From: Sharpea porci
Lineage (GTDB): Bacteria; Bacillota_I; Bacilli_A; Erysipelotrichales; Coprobacillaceae
Assembly (NCBI RefSeq): GCF_009695655.1
Contig: NZ_VUNM01000005.1
Location: 1 to 24,000 of the forward strand
Length of the DNA stretch: 24,000 bases
Direction: 5' to 3'
The notes under the pieces were generated by a model. The model was not told the DNA's origin. It searched no databases and saw only the letters and a list, made by a program, of their open reading frames with translations. The position numbers and the translations under genes were made by a program. Positions 1-9,836 of the stretch are shown piece after piece; positions within the stretch are counted from its first letter, which is position 1, and every line of letters starts with the position of its first letter.

Positions 1-69
1 CTTGGAGCCATGAACATCTGCAACTCAACTGAGTATGTTGGCGATAGTAATATCAGACATACTGCGTAG
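1..69 (+). pseudogene. Possible 3' end of a TnpB-like ORF (partial, window edge)
   Basis: Frame 1 is open from base 1 to TAG at 67-69 (LGAMNICNSTEYVGDSNIRHTA*). It is followed by a structured 3' region resembling a TnpB-element right end. The peptide alone is not diagnostic. Confidence 0.35.
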
Positions 70-206
70 GGAACTATATGTTCTGCCCTATGATGGGTGA
101 TGGCACACCCATACCTTGCACTACGACTTAACAGAAATGTAATGGTCAGCCACTATGTAGTGGCAGGTAGCAAGAATCCCCTGCCTTTAGGCATGGGGAG
201 TGTCAA
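70..206 (+). ncRNA. Candidate TnpB-element right end / omega-RNA scaffold
   Basis: Consecutive short hairpins: ATGGGT/ACCCAT (93-98/107-112), GCCACTA/TAGTGGC (149-155/158-164), and terminal CCCCTGCC-TTTA-GGCATGGGG (178-198) followed by AGTGTCAA. This layout is typical of IS605/IS1341-type right ends. Confidence 0.5.
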
Positions 207-208
207 TC

Positions 209-2017
209 TTATGAATTTTCTAATTTCTTTAATGTTTCTTCAACATCATCCAAGATACTCGCAAATTTCTTGAGTGCTCTTGCCACTGGTGCAGATGTTG
301 TGAAATCAACACCAGCATGTTTTAATTCATCAAGTGGATAAGCTGAACCACCCATTGATAAGAATTCAAGATATTTCTTTACAGCCTCATCACCATCATT
401 CAAGATAGCTTCACTTAAAGCAACAGCTGCTGAATAGCTTGTAGCATATTTATAGACATAGAAAGGACGATAGAAATGTGGAATTCTTGCCCATTCATAC
501 TTCACTTCATCATCAATAACTAAGTCTTCACCAAAGTATTCTTGAATAAGTTTCTTATAGAGATTGTTAAGACTTGAAGCTATCAATGCCTCTCCTGCTT
601 CAGCCATTCTATGCGCATCACGTTCAAATTCCGCAAACATCGTCTGACGGTAAACAGTGCCCTTAAAGCCTTCAAGATACTGATTCAAGAGAGCAAGACG
701 TTCTTTTGGGTCGGTTGTCTTGGCAAGCAATTGTTCAATTAAGAGATTTTCATTAACTGTTGAAGCCACTTCAGCAACGAATAATGTATAATCGGCATTT
801 TGTGGTTCCTGGGTATGATTGCTTAGCCATGTATGCTGGGAATGCCCCATTTCATGTGCAAGCGTACTTACTGAATCCAAAGTACCTGTAAAGTTTGTCA
901 GAATGAATGGGTTGGAATCGTAGGTTCCACTTGAGAAAGCCCCACCACGCTTACCAGCATTTGGATAGACATCAATCCAGCCATCATGATAAGCCTGCTT
1001 AACACGATTGACATAATCTTCACCAAGCGGCTTAACAGCTTCTAAAACCATCTCCTGTGCTTCTTCATAAGTATAATGCTTTGTCGAACCTGGCATTAAT
1101 GGTGTATAGAGATCATAGTAATGTAATTCATCAAGATGAAGCATCTTTTTTCTTAAAGCAACATAGCGATACATCTGATTCATATATTCATGAACTGTAT
1201 CTACTAAGCCATCATAGACACTTTCAGGCACATGTTCATGAGCCATGCTCATTGCTCGTGAAGATGAATAATGTCTCACTTTCGCACTGGCTACTGCTTC
1301 TTTAACATTGGCATTATAAGTAGCGGCAAAAGTATTGATATGTCCTTTATAACTCTTATAGAAGCTCTCAAAAGCATTCTTTCTAAGCATACGATCAGTA
1401 TTTGTCTCTAAGAGTATATAATTACTTTCTGTTAGCTGATGCTTCTCTCCATGACTGTCTTCAACATCATCAAAAGTCATGTCAGCATCCTGTAGGTTTT
1501 CACTGATCTTGCCAGGAGCGGACAAAACTTCTGTATAGGCAGCTAACAGGGCTTCTTCTTTTGATGAAAGGACATGTGGCTTTGCATCAAGTAATTTCTG
1601 CATTATAAACTTATAAGGCTTCAGCAATTCATCCTGCATAATATCTTCCATTGTCTTTTCATCAAGGGAAAGGATTTCTGGTTCAGCAAAGCTTATTGCA
1701 GTAGCATATTTTGTATAGATTTCAATAGCTTTAGCTTCCATTGCCTGACCATCATTATTACGTGTATCTTCACAATTTCTTAATGATGCATAACAATAAT
1801 AATCAGAGAGCTTACGAGAAAGCTTTGTATCAAAATCAAAGAATGCACGAAGATTCTTTGCATTATGAAGTGTTCCTTGATAAAGACTAAGCTGGTTGAT
1901 CATATCTTCAAGCTGATCTTTTTCTTTAGCCCAAGTCTCATCATCTTTATATAGTGTTGATAAATCCCACATATATTCAGGATCCATATCTTTACGTTCT
2001 TTTAATGTCTCTGCCAT
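209..2017 (-). CDS. pepF: Oligoendopeptidase F (M3 family metallopeptidase)
   Basis: 602-aa ORF with zinc-binding HEMGHSQH motif (TLAHEMGHSQHTWLS) and PepF/M3B-like sequence throughout. Confidence 0.96.
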   Translation of the reverse strand: MAETLKERKDMDPEYMWDLSTLYKDDETWAKEKDQLEDMINQLSLYQGTLHNAKNLRAFFDFDTKLSRKLSDYYCYASLRNCEDTRNNDGQAMEAKAIEIYTKYATAISFAEPEILSLDEKTMEDIMQDELLKPYKFIMQKLLDAKPHVLSSKEEALLAAYTEVLSAPGKISENLQDADMTFDDVEDSHGEKHQLTESNYILLETNTDRMLRKNAFESFYKSYKGHINTFAATYNANVKEAVASAKVRHYSSSRAMSMAHEHVPESVYDGLVDTVHEYMNQMYRYVALRKKMLHLDELHYYDLYTPLMPGSTKHYTYEEAQEMVLEAVKPLGEDYVNRVKQAYHDGWIDVYPNAGKRGGAFSSGTYDSNPFILTNFTGTLDSVSTLAHEMGHSQHTWLSNHTQEPQNADYTLFVAEVASTVNENLLIEQLLAKTTDPKERLALLNQYLEGFKGTVYRQTMFAEFERDAHRMAEAGEALIASSLNNLYKKLIQEYFGEDLVIDDEVKYEWARIPHFYRPFYVYKYATSYSAAVALSEAILNDGDEAVKKYLEFLSMGGSAYPLDELKHAGVDFTTSAPVARALKKFASILDDVEETLKKLENS

Positions 2018-2079
2018 TTTTTATCACTCCTCTTTTCTATGAGTATAGCACTTTTTACCACTTCGCTCTAGAAACATGA

Positions 2080-4533
2080 TTAATCAATAATTGTTCTCTT
2101 CAGCATTTCACAAATACCAGAAACGCCATCTCCTGGCTTCCAGAAAGTGACATAGCCTTCAAGAGAACTTGCTTTTTCAACCAATGATGGCACACTTTCA
2201 TCAACAACAATCCAACATTTATACTGACTATTTTTTGCATCCTGAATCATATTACTAGCTGCACTATGCCCATCTAAAGCAAGAAGCAAGGATGGTCGGC
2301 GCTTAAAGATTTCAAAAGCAAAGCTCTTATAAACACCTAGTGGGGATGATTCAATGGATATGCGTACACCAACATCTTCCTTTTTGATACGTTCTGCTTC
2401 CTTACTTGTCAGCATCTTAGGGACAAAGCTATAGACTTCAAATCCTTTGGCATGATCCAAAAGATATTTCTCATAACCGGACATGCTTGAACCAATCACA
2501 AAGAAGACCTCTTCTTTATTCACACTTTCAATGAGTTCATCAAGAAGATGACATTCATCTTCTTTTAGTTCTGTTTGATGATTGACATTATTAAATGATC
2601 CACCAACAATCACAATAGGAATCTTATGAAGTGGCAATGGATGAATCTTTGTGACAAGAAAGAGAGAAGCTTCAATATTACGGCTTGTAGGCATCAATGT
2701 AATCATATGATGTTTCTCTTTTTCAAGACGTTCATTGTAATAGTTGACCACGCTTTGTGTGCCAAGTGCTTCCTTAAAGTCTTTCATCTTCTCATGAAAT
2801 TCTTGCATAGCTGTATGACAAATCGTCTGCTCAACATCATGCATTTTCTTCATTTCATCAAAGCTTAAGTCAAGCATCCGTTCAAGAGACAACTGCTCAT
2901 CAATGGAATTCGTCCCATAAAGCGCACCACCATCTGTTCCCTGAACGCAGCGAATATCATTTCTTAAATAGTCTTTTAAGGGATGATGCGTTAATTCTGT
3001 CAGGTTGTTAAGTCTTACATTGGATGTAATTTGGAATTCAAGAGCTATTCGATAATCTTTAAGCTTTTCTAAAAGTAGCTTGCCTTTTTTACTATCGAGA
3101 GCAGGCGTATAGAGACCATGACCTAAGCGTACATGGGGAAAGAACTGACCGGGTGCGAGCGCCTTTTCTACTTCAAGCACGCTATTGAGGACATTATCTG
3201 GCAGGGAGTCATTCTCTCCGGCATGGAATCTGATGACAAAGCTAGGAATATCTTTCGCTATAGCGACAATCGCCTGTATAACTGAAGAGAGCTCACGAAT
3301 ATCATTCATTTCTTCACCCACGAAATCACTTCCAGCAACATAGGGATCATTAGCTACAGCTTTTAATACTTGCAGATTTTCATTAAAGACATTCTGACTT
3401 ACCCGATCTTTGACAATCGTCAAAGGAATACGTCTAAAAGCACATAGAAAACGTAATGTTACGCCTGTTTCCTTTGTGATTGCCGGCATGACTTCATGGA
3501 TTTGTGCAAGGGTATGGGCTGCTTCACTTGCCTTGACAAGCGCTGTATCCGATATTTCTGCATAAGTCACTCCAACCTTCTGATAACTTCTTGCAACAAA
3601 AAGTAATTGATCTTGATAAAGAGTATTATAACGATAGACAGGATTTCGACGATCTAAGTCCATTTGTTTTAATGCATTAACAATATCTTCATCGTCAATA
3701 TCTTCAATATGTTCTAAGGCAATAGGATCAAGTACACTTGTCCCTTTGGTAAAGACATAACGATAAATATAGACTTTCTCAAGATTTGTGAAAACAGCCT
3801 GACCATCTTTCATAACAGCGAGTGAAGTTCTGATCTTGGCTATATTCTCTGAAGCATGTTCAAGATTTTCCAGAATGAGACTTGCGAAATTGAGATAGGT
3901 ATGATCATCAATCTTACGATCTAAGTATTTTCCCTTTAATTGACTATAAGCAAATGATCGAGCAATAGTCTGTCTTCGATTTTCTAATAGTGCTCTTTGT
4001 GTAGGGGTGATATTGAGTTGTAGTTTCTTAATATAATAATAAGGATAACGTAACTGATGATGAATAGCTAAGGCAATAAGAATATCGGGCGAAAGATTCG
4101 CAGAACGATGGGTATGAAGATCACTATGGAACTTCACTTCTTTACGAATATAAGTCTTTACAAGTGTCTTCTCAATATCAAGCTTATAGTCCTTAGTCTG
4201 ACTCATCAGAGTTTTCGCAATGGCTGGCACATAGGCCTTACGCTCTATGCGTCCATCAGGATAAATATTTGCCACCTTTGTATTATGGAAACGTAAAATA
4301 TAGACCATTTCATTATCACCATCATAAAAACAAGGCACATCACCTTTAATAATTTTATATCCATAGTCATCATAACGAATTTCTAGCTCACAGACCTTTG
4401 CGAGATTCGTTATTAAATTACCTGTTTGATGATGTGGCGAAGTAATGACATAGGATAAATCATCCCCCTGCATATCAAGTGTAACAATGATATCCTTTTC
4501 TTTATCAAGATAAAACTTTCCAAAATAGGCCAT
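2080..4533 (-). CDS. Large adenosine/AMP deaminase-like protein with C-terminal Rossmann-like (possibly SLOG) domain
   Basis: 817 aa. Contains ADA-superfamily motifs DLHTH, RFHAGEN, RLGHG, SNVRLNN and TDGGALYGT. The C-terminal ~150 aa (IPIVIVGGSFNN...FFVIGSSMSGYEKYLLDHAKG...SLLLALDGHSAASNMIQDAKN) looks like a separate alpha/beta nucleotide-binding domain. Confidence 0.75.
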   Translation of the reverse strand: MAYFGKFYLDKEKDIIVTLDMQGDDLSYVITSPHHQTGNLITNLAKVCELEIRYDDYGYKIIKGDVPCFYDGDNEMVYILRFHNTKVANIYPDGRIERKAYVPAIAKTLMSQTKDYKLDIEKTLVKTYIRKEVKFHSDLHTHRSANLSPDILIALAIHHQLRYPYYYIKKLQLNITPTQRALLENRRQTIARSFAYSQLKGKYLDRKIDDHTYLNFASLILENLEHASENIAKIRTSLAVMKDGQAVFTNLEKVYIYRYVFTKGTSVLDPIALEHIEDIDDEDIVNALKQMDLDRRNPVYRYNTLYQDQLLFVARSYQKVGVTYAEISDTALVKASEAAHTLAQIHEVMPAITKETGVTLRFLCAFRRIPLTIVKDRVSQNVFNENLQVLKAVANDPYVAGSDFVGEEMNDIRELSSVIQAIVAIAKDIPSFVIRFHAGENDSLPDNVLNSVLEVEKALAPGQFFPHVRLGHGLYTPALDSKKGKLLLEKLKDYRIALEFQITSNVRLNNLTELTHHPLKDYLRNDIRCVQGTDGGALYGTNSIDEQLSLERMLDLSFDEMKKMHDVEQTICHTAMQEFHEKMKDFKEALGTQSVVNYYNERLEKEKHHMITLMPTSRNIEASLFLVTKIHPLPLHKIPIVIVGGSFNNVNHQTELKEDECHLLDELIESVNKEEVFFVIGSSMSGYEKYLLDHAKGFEVYSFVPKMLTSKEAERIKKEDVGVRISIESSPLGVYKSFAFEIFKRRPSLLLALDGHSAASNMIQDAKNSQYKCWIVVDESVPSLVEKASSLEGYVTFWKPGDGVSGICEMLKRTIID

Positions 4534-4717
4534 ATTTCTTTCTCCTCGTATTTCCCCCTACTTTAACACCTTTCCTATCACAATGAAAGAAAAAGCATAA
4601 AAGAAAAAGATTCATCTTAATAGACATTTCTGAGCACTCATTGTGTTCTCCTCATCAATCAGGATGTGATTGATTAAAAAGAAGGAAACTATGAAAGACT
4701 AAAATATCTACTGCCTC

Positions 4718-4767
4718 AAAAGAAAAAGTGACGACCTCATATACTTTGATTTTGAGATCGTCACTTT
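4718..4767 (-). terminator. Intrinsic terminator downstream of the aldo/keto reductase
   Basis: Inverted repeat AAAGTGACGA (4725-4734) / TCGTCACTTT (4758-4767), followed on the minus strand by a T-rich tract (TTTTTCTTTT). Confidence 0.65.
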
Positions 4768-4803
4768 CATCATTTACAAGATACACTTTTCACTACAACA
4801 CAA

Positions 4804-5724
4804 TCATGGCAATGTCTTGCCACTTGCAAGATAGAGATCATACCATTCCTGTCTTGTCAGCTGAATGTTGGTTGCTTCACACATTTCTCTTAAATGAATG
4901 GGTGACGTTGTACCAGAGATTACTTGCATAGAAGCCGGATGTCTTAAGATCCAAGCTACGGCTATAGCAGCTTTTGTCACATGATATTTGTCACTCAGTT
5001 TTGCGAGTTCTTCATTTAATCGTGGGTAGTCAGGATGATCAATAAACGTACCTTCACTCCAGCTTGCCTGTAAAGGGCTCCAGGCTTGAATCATAATTTC
5101 ATTAAAACGGCAAAAATCAAGTACGCCACCATCTTTATCGATTGCGAGGTCTTCAGTCATATTCATATGTAAGCCACTATCGACCATCCCTGAATGAACA
5201 ATAGAGAATTGGAGTTGATTAGCGACAATGGACTGGTTGGCATACATCTGTAAAAGTCTCATCTGGCCAGGCGTGTGATTGGAAACACCAAACTGACATA
5301 CTTTGCCCTGTTTATTTAAGGTGTTGAATGCATCAGCTACTTCCTCATAATCACAAAGGGCATCAGGACGATGTAATAAAAGAAGATCAAGATGATCCGT
5401 ATGCAGTCTTTCTAGCGTTCCATTAACTGCATTGATAATATAATCCTTTGAGAAATCATAACGTTTTCCAGGCACAATGCCACACTTACTCTGAATAATC
5501 ATTTTTTCTCTTAGTTCAGGGCGTTTAGCAAGCACTTCGCCAAAGATTTCTTCACTCTTTCCACCACCATAGATATCCGCATGATCAAAGAAATTAATGC
5601 CACAATCAAGAGCTGTATCAATCAGTTCTTCGACTTCTTGTACACTCTTATTCGCAATGCGCATACAACCCATACCGATGGCAGAAACATGATATTGCGT
5701 ATTAGATAATTGATAATATTTCAT
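4804..5724 (-). CDS. Aldo/keto reductase family oxidoreductase
   Basis: 306 aa. GMGCMRIAN, DHADIYGGGKSEEIFGE, LLLHRPD and GVSNHTP motifs typical of the YdhF-like AKR group. Confidence 0.92.
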   Translation of the reverse strand: MKYYQLSNTQYHVSAIGMGCMRIANKSVQEVEELIDTALDCGINFFDHADIYGGGKSEEIFGEVLAKRPELREKMIIQSKCGIVPGKRYDFSKDYIINAVNGTLERLHTDHLDLLLLHRPDALCDYEEVADAFNTLNKQGKVCQFGVSNHTPGQMRLLQMYANQSIVANQLQFSIVHSGMVDSGLHMNMTEDLAIDKDGGVLDFCRFNEIMIQAWSPLQASWSEGTFIDHPDYPRLNEELAKLSDKYHVTKAAIAVAWILRHPASMQVISGTTSPIHLREMCEATNIQLTRQEWYDLYLASGKTLP

Positions 5725-5777
5725 AACAAATCCTCCTACTACTATTATGCATCACAAGAAGAAGGAAGAAAAGATGA

Positions 5778-6890
5778 TTAAGCTAAATTAGGATCGATTG
5801 TGATATAGACAAGTAATTGAGGATGTAAAGCAAGAATTTTATTCTTGATGGTCTTTTTTGTTTCTTGGGGGTTGTTGTGATCAAAGTCAACGACGGCATC
5901 AAAGCGAACAGCATGCTTTTCTTTATCATAATAGAATCCATGCATTTCATGAACATGGGGCTCATTGTCAATAATCGCTTGAACATCATTTCTTAAACGA
6001 ATAACCTCTTTATCGCTTGTATTAATAGAATAGATGGAGACACCAGTAAGAAAAACATGAGTCTTTTGTTTCACTTCGCTGACAATCCAGCGGGTTAATA
6101 CATCGATGTCTTCAGCCTTCATCGTATCGAGTACCGCAATATGAACAGATCCCGTATGGGCTACTGGTCCATAGTTATTAATCACCACATCATATGTTCC
6201 TTTAACAGCCTCATGACTATTGATAATATCTTTAATTTCACTAATCAATGTTTTATCAAGATGTTCGCCTAGAAGACGTGAAACCGAATCCCTTAACATC
6301 ATCACACCACTATATATAATAATGATTGATATCAACAAGCCAACAATACCCGCAAGCTGAATATGAAAAAGCATATAAACAACACCAGAAATAAGTGTCC
6401 CAAGAGAAATGAGTGAATGGGTCAGTTCTTCCCTACCCGCATGGACTAAGGCACTGGACTGATAGAGATGACCCGTATGAATATCATGTCGACCCACAAA
6501 TATACGTGCTATTAAAGAAATGACAACGACAAGTAGCGTATAGAAATGCATTTCTGGTTCAGAAGGATGCAGGATTTTATCAAATGATTCAATAAATGCT
6601 GTAATGCCTGCATAGGTGACTAAGCCAGCAACAATTAATCCACTCATATATTCTATGCGTCCATAGCCAAAGGGATGTTTATGGTCAGCCTGTTTACCAG
6701 CATACTTTGTTCCTAAAACAGTAATTACCGAACCAGCTGCTTCAGTGATATGTGACAATCCATCCAACATAACCGCAAAAGAGCCTACAAACAACCCTTC
6801 TAATGCTTCTAGTAAAGCTAACAGCACATTGACAATCGCTGCATGTGTTCCTGCTTTGACAACTTCATCTCTTCTTTTATTCTCATTCAT
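5778..6890 (-). CDS. Cation diffusion facilitator family transporter
   Basis: 370 aa. Multiple TM segments; DGLSHITEAAGS and HPFGYGRIEYMSGL motifs; C-terminal cytoplasmic domain. Confidence 0.92.
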   Translation of the reverse strand: MNENKRRDEVVKAGTHAAIVNVLLALLEALEGLFVGSFAVMLDGLSHITEAAGSVITVLGTKYAGKQADHKHPFGYGRIEYMSGLIVAGLVTYAGITAFIESFDKILHPSEPEMHFYTLLVVVISLIARIFVGRHDIHTGHLYQSSALVHAGREELTHSLISLGTLISGVVYMLFHIQLAGIVGLLISIIIIYSGVMMLRDSVSRLLGEHLDKTLISEIKDIINSHEAVKGTYDVVINNYGPVAHTGSVHIAVLDTMKAEDIDVLTRWIVSEVKQKTHVFLTGVSIYSINTSDKEVIRLRNDVQAIIDNEPHVHEMHGFYYDKEKHAVRFDAVVDFDHNNPQETKKTIKNKILALHPQLLVYITIDPNLA

Positions 6891-6967
6891 AATAACTCCT
6901 CACTGCATGCTTTTTTATTGTCGATTCTATCACTTTCTATTACAATACTTGAGAAAGTGAGGTATTT

Positions 6968-7678
6968 ATGAATCTAAAAGCTATGCGCAGAACAACCATC
7001 ATTCTGCTTATTCTCTCAATTATTATTTATCTCATCCAGATTCTCATCTTTAATGATCCACGGACGACCTTCTTCTATATTCTGCAAGATTTAGCCTTTA
7101 TGCCTATTACGATTGCCTTTGCGACACTCATGGTTGGTGAAGTGCTCAATTGGCGTGAAAAGAATGAACGCAAGGAAAAGACACGTATGTTGACAAGTAC
7201 ATTCTTTACAGAAATAGGTGCTATCCTTGCCCATTATACACTTTCTATGACCCAAGAGGATGATTTTTTGCATCTTGTGGCAAGAAATGGCGGCCATATT
7301 GACAACATGACAGAAGATGAAATCATCCAAAAACTTGAACATCATAAAATCAAAGTTAAGCTCAATAAAGAAGGCTATGAAAAAGCACGTAATCTCATCC
7401 TTTCTAACCAGACAAACCTTCTTGTCATCAGTTCCAACCCCTTAATACTTGACCACGAATATTTTACGGAAATGCTTTGGGGTGTTTTTCATTTAATTGA
7501 TGAATTCCGTTTGCGAGGAGAATGGGAGGCGCTCTCTCCAACTGATATTGCTCATCTTAATGCGGACTTTGCCAAGGTCTTACGCTTAATGCTGATTAAT
7601 TGGATTGGTAATAGTGAATATCTCGCTAAAAACTATCCTGCTTTCTATAATGTTGCCTTCAATAAACTTGATTATTAA
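6968..7678 (+). CDS. Uncharacterised membrane-anchored protein (two N-terminal TM helices, cytoplasmic C-terminus)
   Basis: 236-aa ORF, divergent from the CDF gene. Hydrophobic N-terminus LLILSIIIYLIQILIF and FMPITIAFATLMVGEVL. No family recognised. Confidence 0.7.
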   Translation: MNLKAMRRTTIILLILSIIIYLIQILIFNDPRTTFFYILQDLAFMPITIAFATLMVGEVLNWREKNERKEKTRMLTSTFFTEIGAILAHYTLSMTQEDDFLHLVARNGGHIDNMTEDEIIQKLEHHKIKVKLNKEGYEKARNLILSNQTNLLVISSNPLILDHEYFTEMLWGVFHLIDEFRLRGEWEALSPTDIAHLNADFAKVLRLMLINWIGNSEYLAKNYPAFYNVAFNKLDY

Positions 7679-7759
7679 GACAATTATCGATAATTTAGTA
7701 TCCATTATTTCTGTTTGTGTGTATAATGTCCAATGTTAAGAAAGTTGTAGGTATAATGA

Positions 7760-9013
7760 ATGATTTTAGATGATATTGATCAAGAATTGCTTAGTCTTGC
7801 GAAAGAGGCAGATGAAGCATTACAAGAAGAATATAAGAAAATCGAAGCCTTAAGTCTTAAAGCTTCAAACAAAGTCCTTTCGGCTTTTATTAAAAATGGT
7901 GTTTCCTATTCTGATTTTGCGGATGTGAATGGTTATGGGGACTTTGATCCTGGCCGTGATAAAATTGAAAATATCTTTGCGAGAGTACTCGGTGCACAGG
8001 ATGCATTAGTCAGACCACAAATCATGAGTGGGACAAATGCTATTTATTTAACCCTTTCTGCTTTATTAAAATATGGTGATACAATGATTTCTTTAACCGG
8101 TGATCCTTATGATTCCCTGCAGGAAATGATTGGTTTATTTGGTTCATCATCACAATCCCTTAAAGCCCATGGGGTTAAATATGAACAGATTGACTTAATC
8201 AATAATGAATTTGATGAAACAAAAATTGTTGAACGTTTGAAAAGAAACGATGTGAAGCTTGTCGAAATTCAACGTTCCAAAGGCTATTCCCATCGTAAGT
8301 CATTAACAATAAGTCGTATTGCATCTATTATTAGTAAAATTCGTGAAGTGAATAAAGATGTAATTATTATGGTTGATAACTGTTATGGTGAACTTGTCGA
8401 AGAGAAGGAACCATGTGATGTGGGGGCCAATATATGTGTTGGTAGCTTGATGAAGAATTTGGGTGGAGGTATTGCCCAGACTGGTGGCTATGTCGCTGGT
8501 GATGAAGATCTCATCAAGATGGTGGCTGAACGCTTAACTGCCCCTGGTATTGGTAAATCCCAAGGTGCCAACTTCAATAAAAACAACGAATTCTTTAAAG
8601 GGATTTTCATGGCCCCAAATGCCGTTAAGAATGCTTTAAAGACACAGGTTTTCGCTAGCTATATGCTAGAAAAGCTAGGCTTCAAAAATGTCAGCCCACG
8701 CTATAATGAAGAACGTACAGATATCATCCAGACGGTCGAACTAGGTACACTTGAAAACCTTACACATTTTGCCCAGGGCATTCAGTCTGCTTCACCCATT
8801 GATTCCTTTGTCAGAGTCATGGCTGCACCAATGCCTGGATATCCATTTGATGAAATCATGGCCGCAGGCAGCTTTACTCAAGGTTCAACAATTGAACTTT
8901 CAGCTGATGCACCTGCCATTGCCCCCTATACGCTCTATATGCAAGGTGGTCTTTCCTTTGAATATGGCCGTCTTTCCATCCTATTAGCCCTATCAAAAGT
9001 AAAACAAGCTTAG
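7760..9013 (+). CDS. Methionine gamma-lyase family protein (YnbB / aluminium resistance protein-like, PLP-dependent)
   Basis: 417 aa. Motifs YGDFDPGRDKIENIFARVLG, RPQIMSGTNAI and VGSLMKNLGGGIAQTGGYVAG (PLP-binding Lys region). Confidence 0.9.
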   Translation: MILDDIDQELLSLAKEADEALQEEYKKIEALSLKASNKVLSAFIKNGVSYSDFADVNGYGDFDPGRDKIENIFARVLGAQDALVRPQIMSGTNAIYLTLSALLKYGDTMISLTGDPYDSLQEMIGLFGSSSQSLKAHGVKYEQIDLINNEFDETKIVERLKRNDVKLVEIQRSKGYSHRKSLTISRIASIISKIREVNKDVIIMVDNCYGELVEEKEPCDVGANICVGSLMKNLGGGIAQTGGYVAGDEDLIKMVAERLTAPGIGKSQGANFNKNNEFFKGIFMAPNAVKNALKTQVFASYMLEKLGFKNVSPRYNEERTDIIQTVELGTLENLTHFAQGIQSASPIDSFVRVMAAPMPGYPFDEIMAAGSFTQGSTIELSADAPAIAPYTLYMQGGLSFEYGRLSILLALSKVKQA

Positions 9014-9037
9014 AAGAGTATCTTCTAGGCTTGTTTT
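9008..9037 (+). terminator. Intrinsic terminator of the methionine gamma-lyase family gene
   Basis: GCTTAGAAG (9008-9016) / CTTCTAGGC (9022-9030) stem with one G-T pair, then TTGTTTT. The TAG stop codon lies in the 5' arm. Confidence 0.6.
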
Positions 9038-9066
9038 CATCTAACATCTTTTATCATGATATGATC

Positions 9067-9089
9067 AAAAAAGCTAGGATCACCTAGCT
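9067..9089 (-). terminator. Intrinsic terminator of the SDR gene
   Basis: Minus strand AGCTAGG-TGAT-CCTAGCT (9072-9089) followed by TTTTTT; it overlaps the SDR stop codon. Confidence 0.7.
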
Positions 9090-9834
9090 AATAAGAACCC
9101 ATCTGTCCGCCATCAATACGAATGACAGTATTGTTGATATAATTGGCTTCATCACTGATTAAGAACTTCACTAAATGGGCAACTTCCTCAGGCTCACCAT
9201 AACGCTTGACAAGAATCTTGTCGCATTCTTCTTTCAAGAAATCTTCATCATAGCCTTCAAGTTCATGCTTTGTCCCGATAAATCCTGGGGCAATGGCATT
9301 GACATTGACATAGGGTGCATACTGTAAAGCAAGATTATGGGTCAATGAGATCAGTGCTGCTTTACTGGCATCATAATCAAAGCACATCGGATAATAGGTA
9401 TTCATGCCATTTGTAGAAGCAATATTGATGATGCGTCCCCACTTGTTATCGACAAAATGACGATAGAGTGCTGAGGCACAATTATAGGCCCCGACCACAT
9501 TGACATCAAGCACCTTTCTAAATTCTTCGGCTGTCTTTAATTCAAAGAGATTGGGTAAATCAATAGCAGCATTATTAATAAGAATATCAACACCACCCAT
9601 GTCTTCCTCAATCGCTGTCATCATATCTTTGACTTGATCTTCACTAGAAACATCAACCTGATAAATATGGGCATGAATGGGATAGGCTGAAGTGATGTCT
9701 TCAAGAAGGCTTTGGGCTTGTTGGTGGGAAGTATGATAGGCAATAGCGATATCATAGCCCACTTGAGCTAGCTCTCTGACAATGGCTTCACCAATCCCGG
9801 TCGCACCACCAGTCACTAATACAACTTTTGCCAT
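9088..9834 (-). CDS. SDR family oxidoreductase (3-oxoacyl-ACP reductase-like)
   Basis: 248 aa. TGGATGIG cofactor motif, NNAA, and catalytic YDASKAA region. Confidence 0.93.
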   Translation of the reverse strand: MAKVVLVTGGATGIGEAIVRELAQVGYDIAIAYHTSHQQAQSLLEDITSAYPIHAHIYQVDVSSEDQVKDMMTAIEEDMGGVDILINNAAIDLPNLFELKTAEEFRKVLDVNVVGAYNCASALYRHFVDNKWGRIINIASTNGMNTYYPMCFDYDASKAALISLTHNLALQYAPYVNVNAIAPGFIGTKHELEGYDEDFLKEECDKILVKRYGEPEEVAHLVKFLISDEANYINNTVIRIDGGQMGSY

Positions 9835-9836
9835 AA

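Noticed and set aside
2080-4533. RADAR (RdrA/RdrB) system call based on the large deaminase-like protein
   Set aside because: No RdrA-like ATPase is adjacent. The P-loop ATPase at 13743-15089 is far away and is BrxD-like. The deaminase also has a different C-terminal domain, so calling RADAR is unsupported.
8751-8987. Plus-strand 78-aa ORF inside the methionine gamma-lyase family gene
   Set aside because: Out-of-frame ORF fully inside a strong CDS on the same strand; no independent support.
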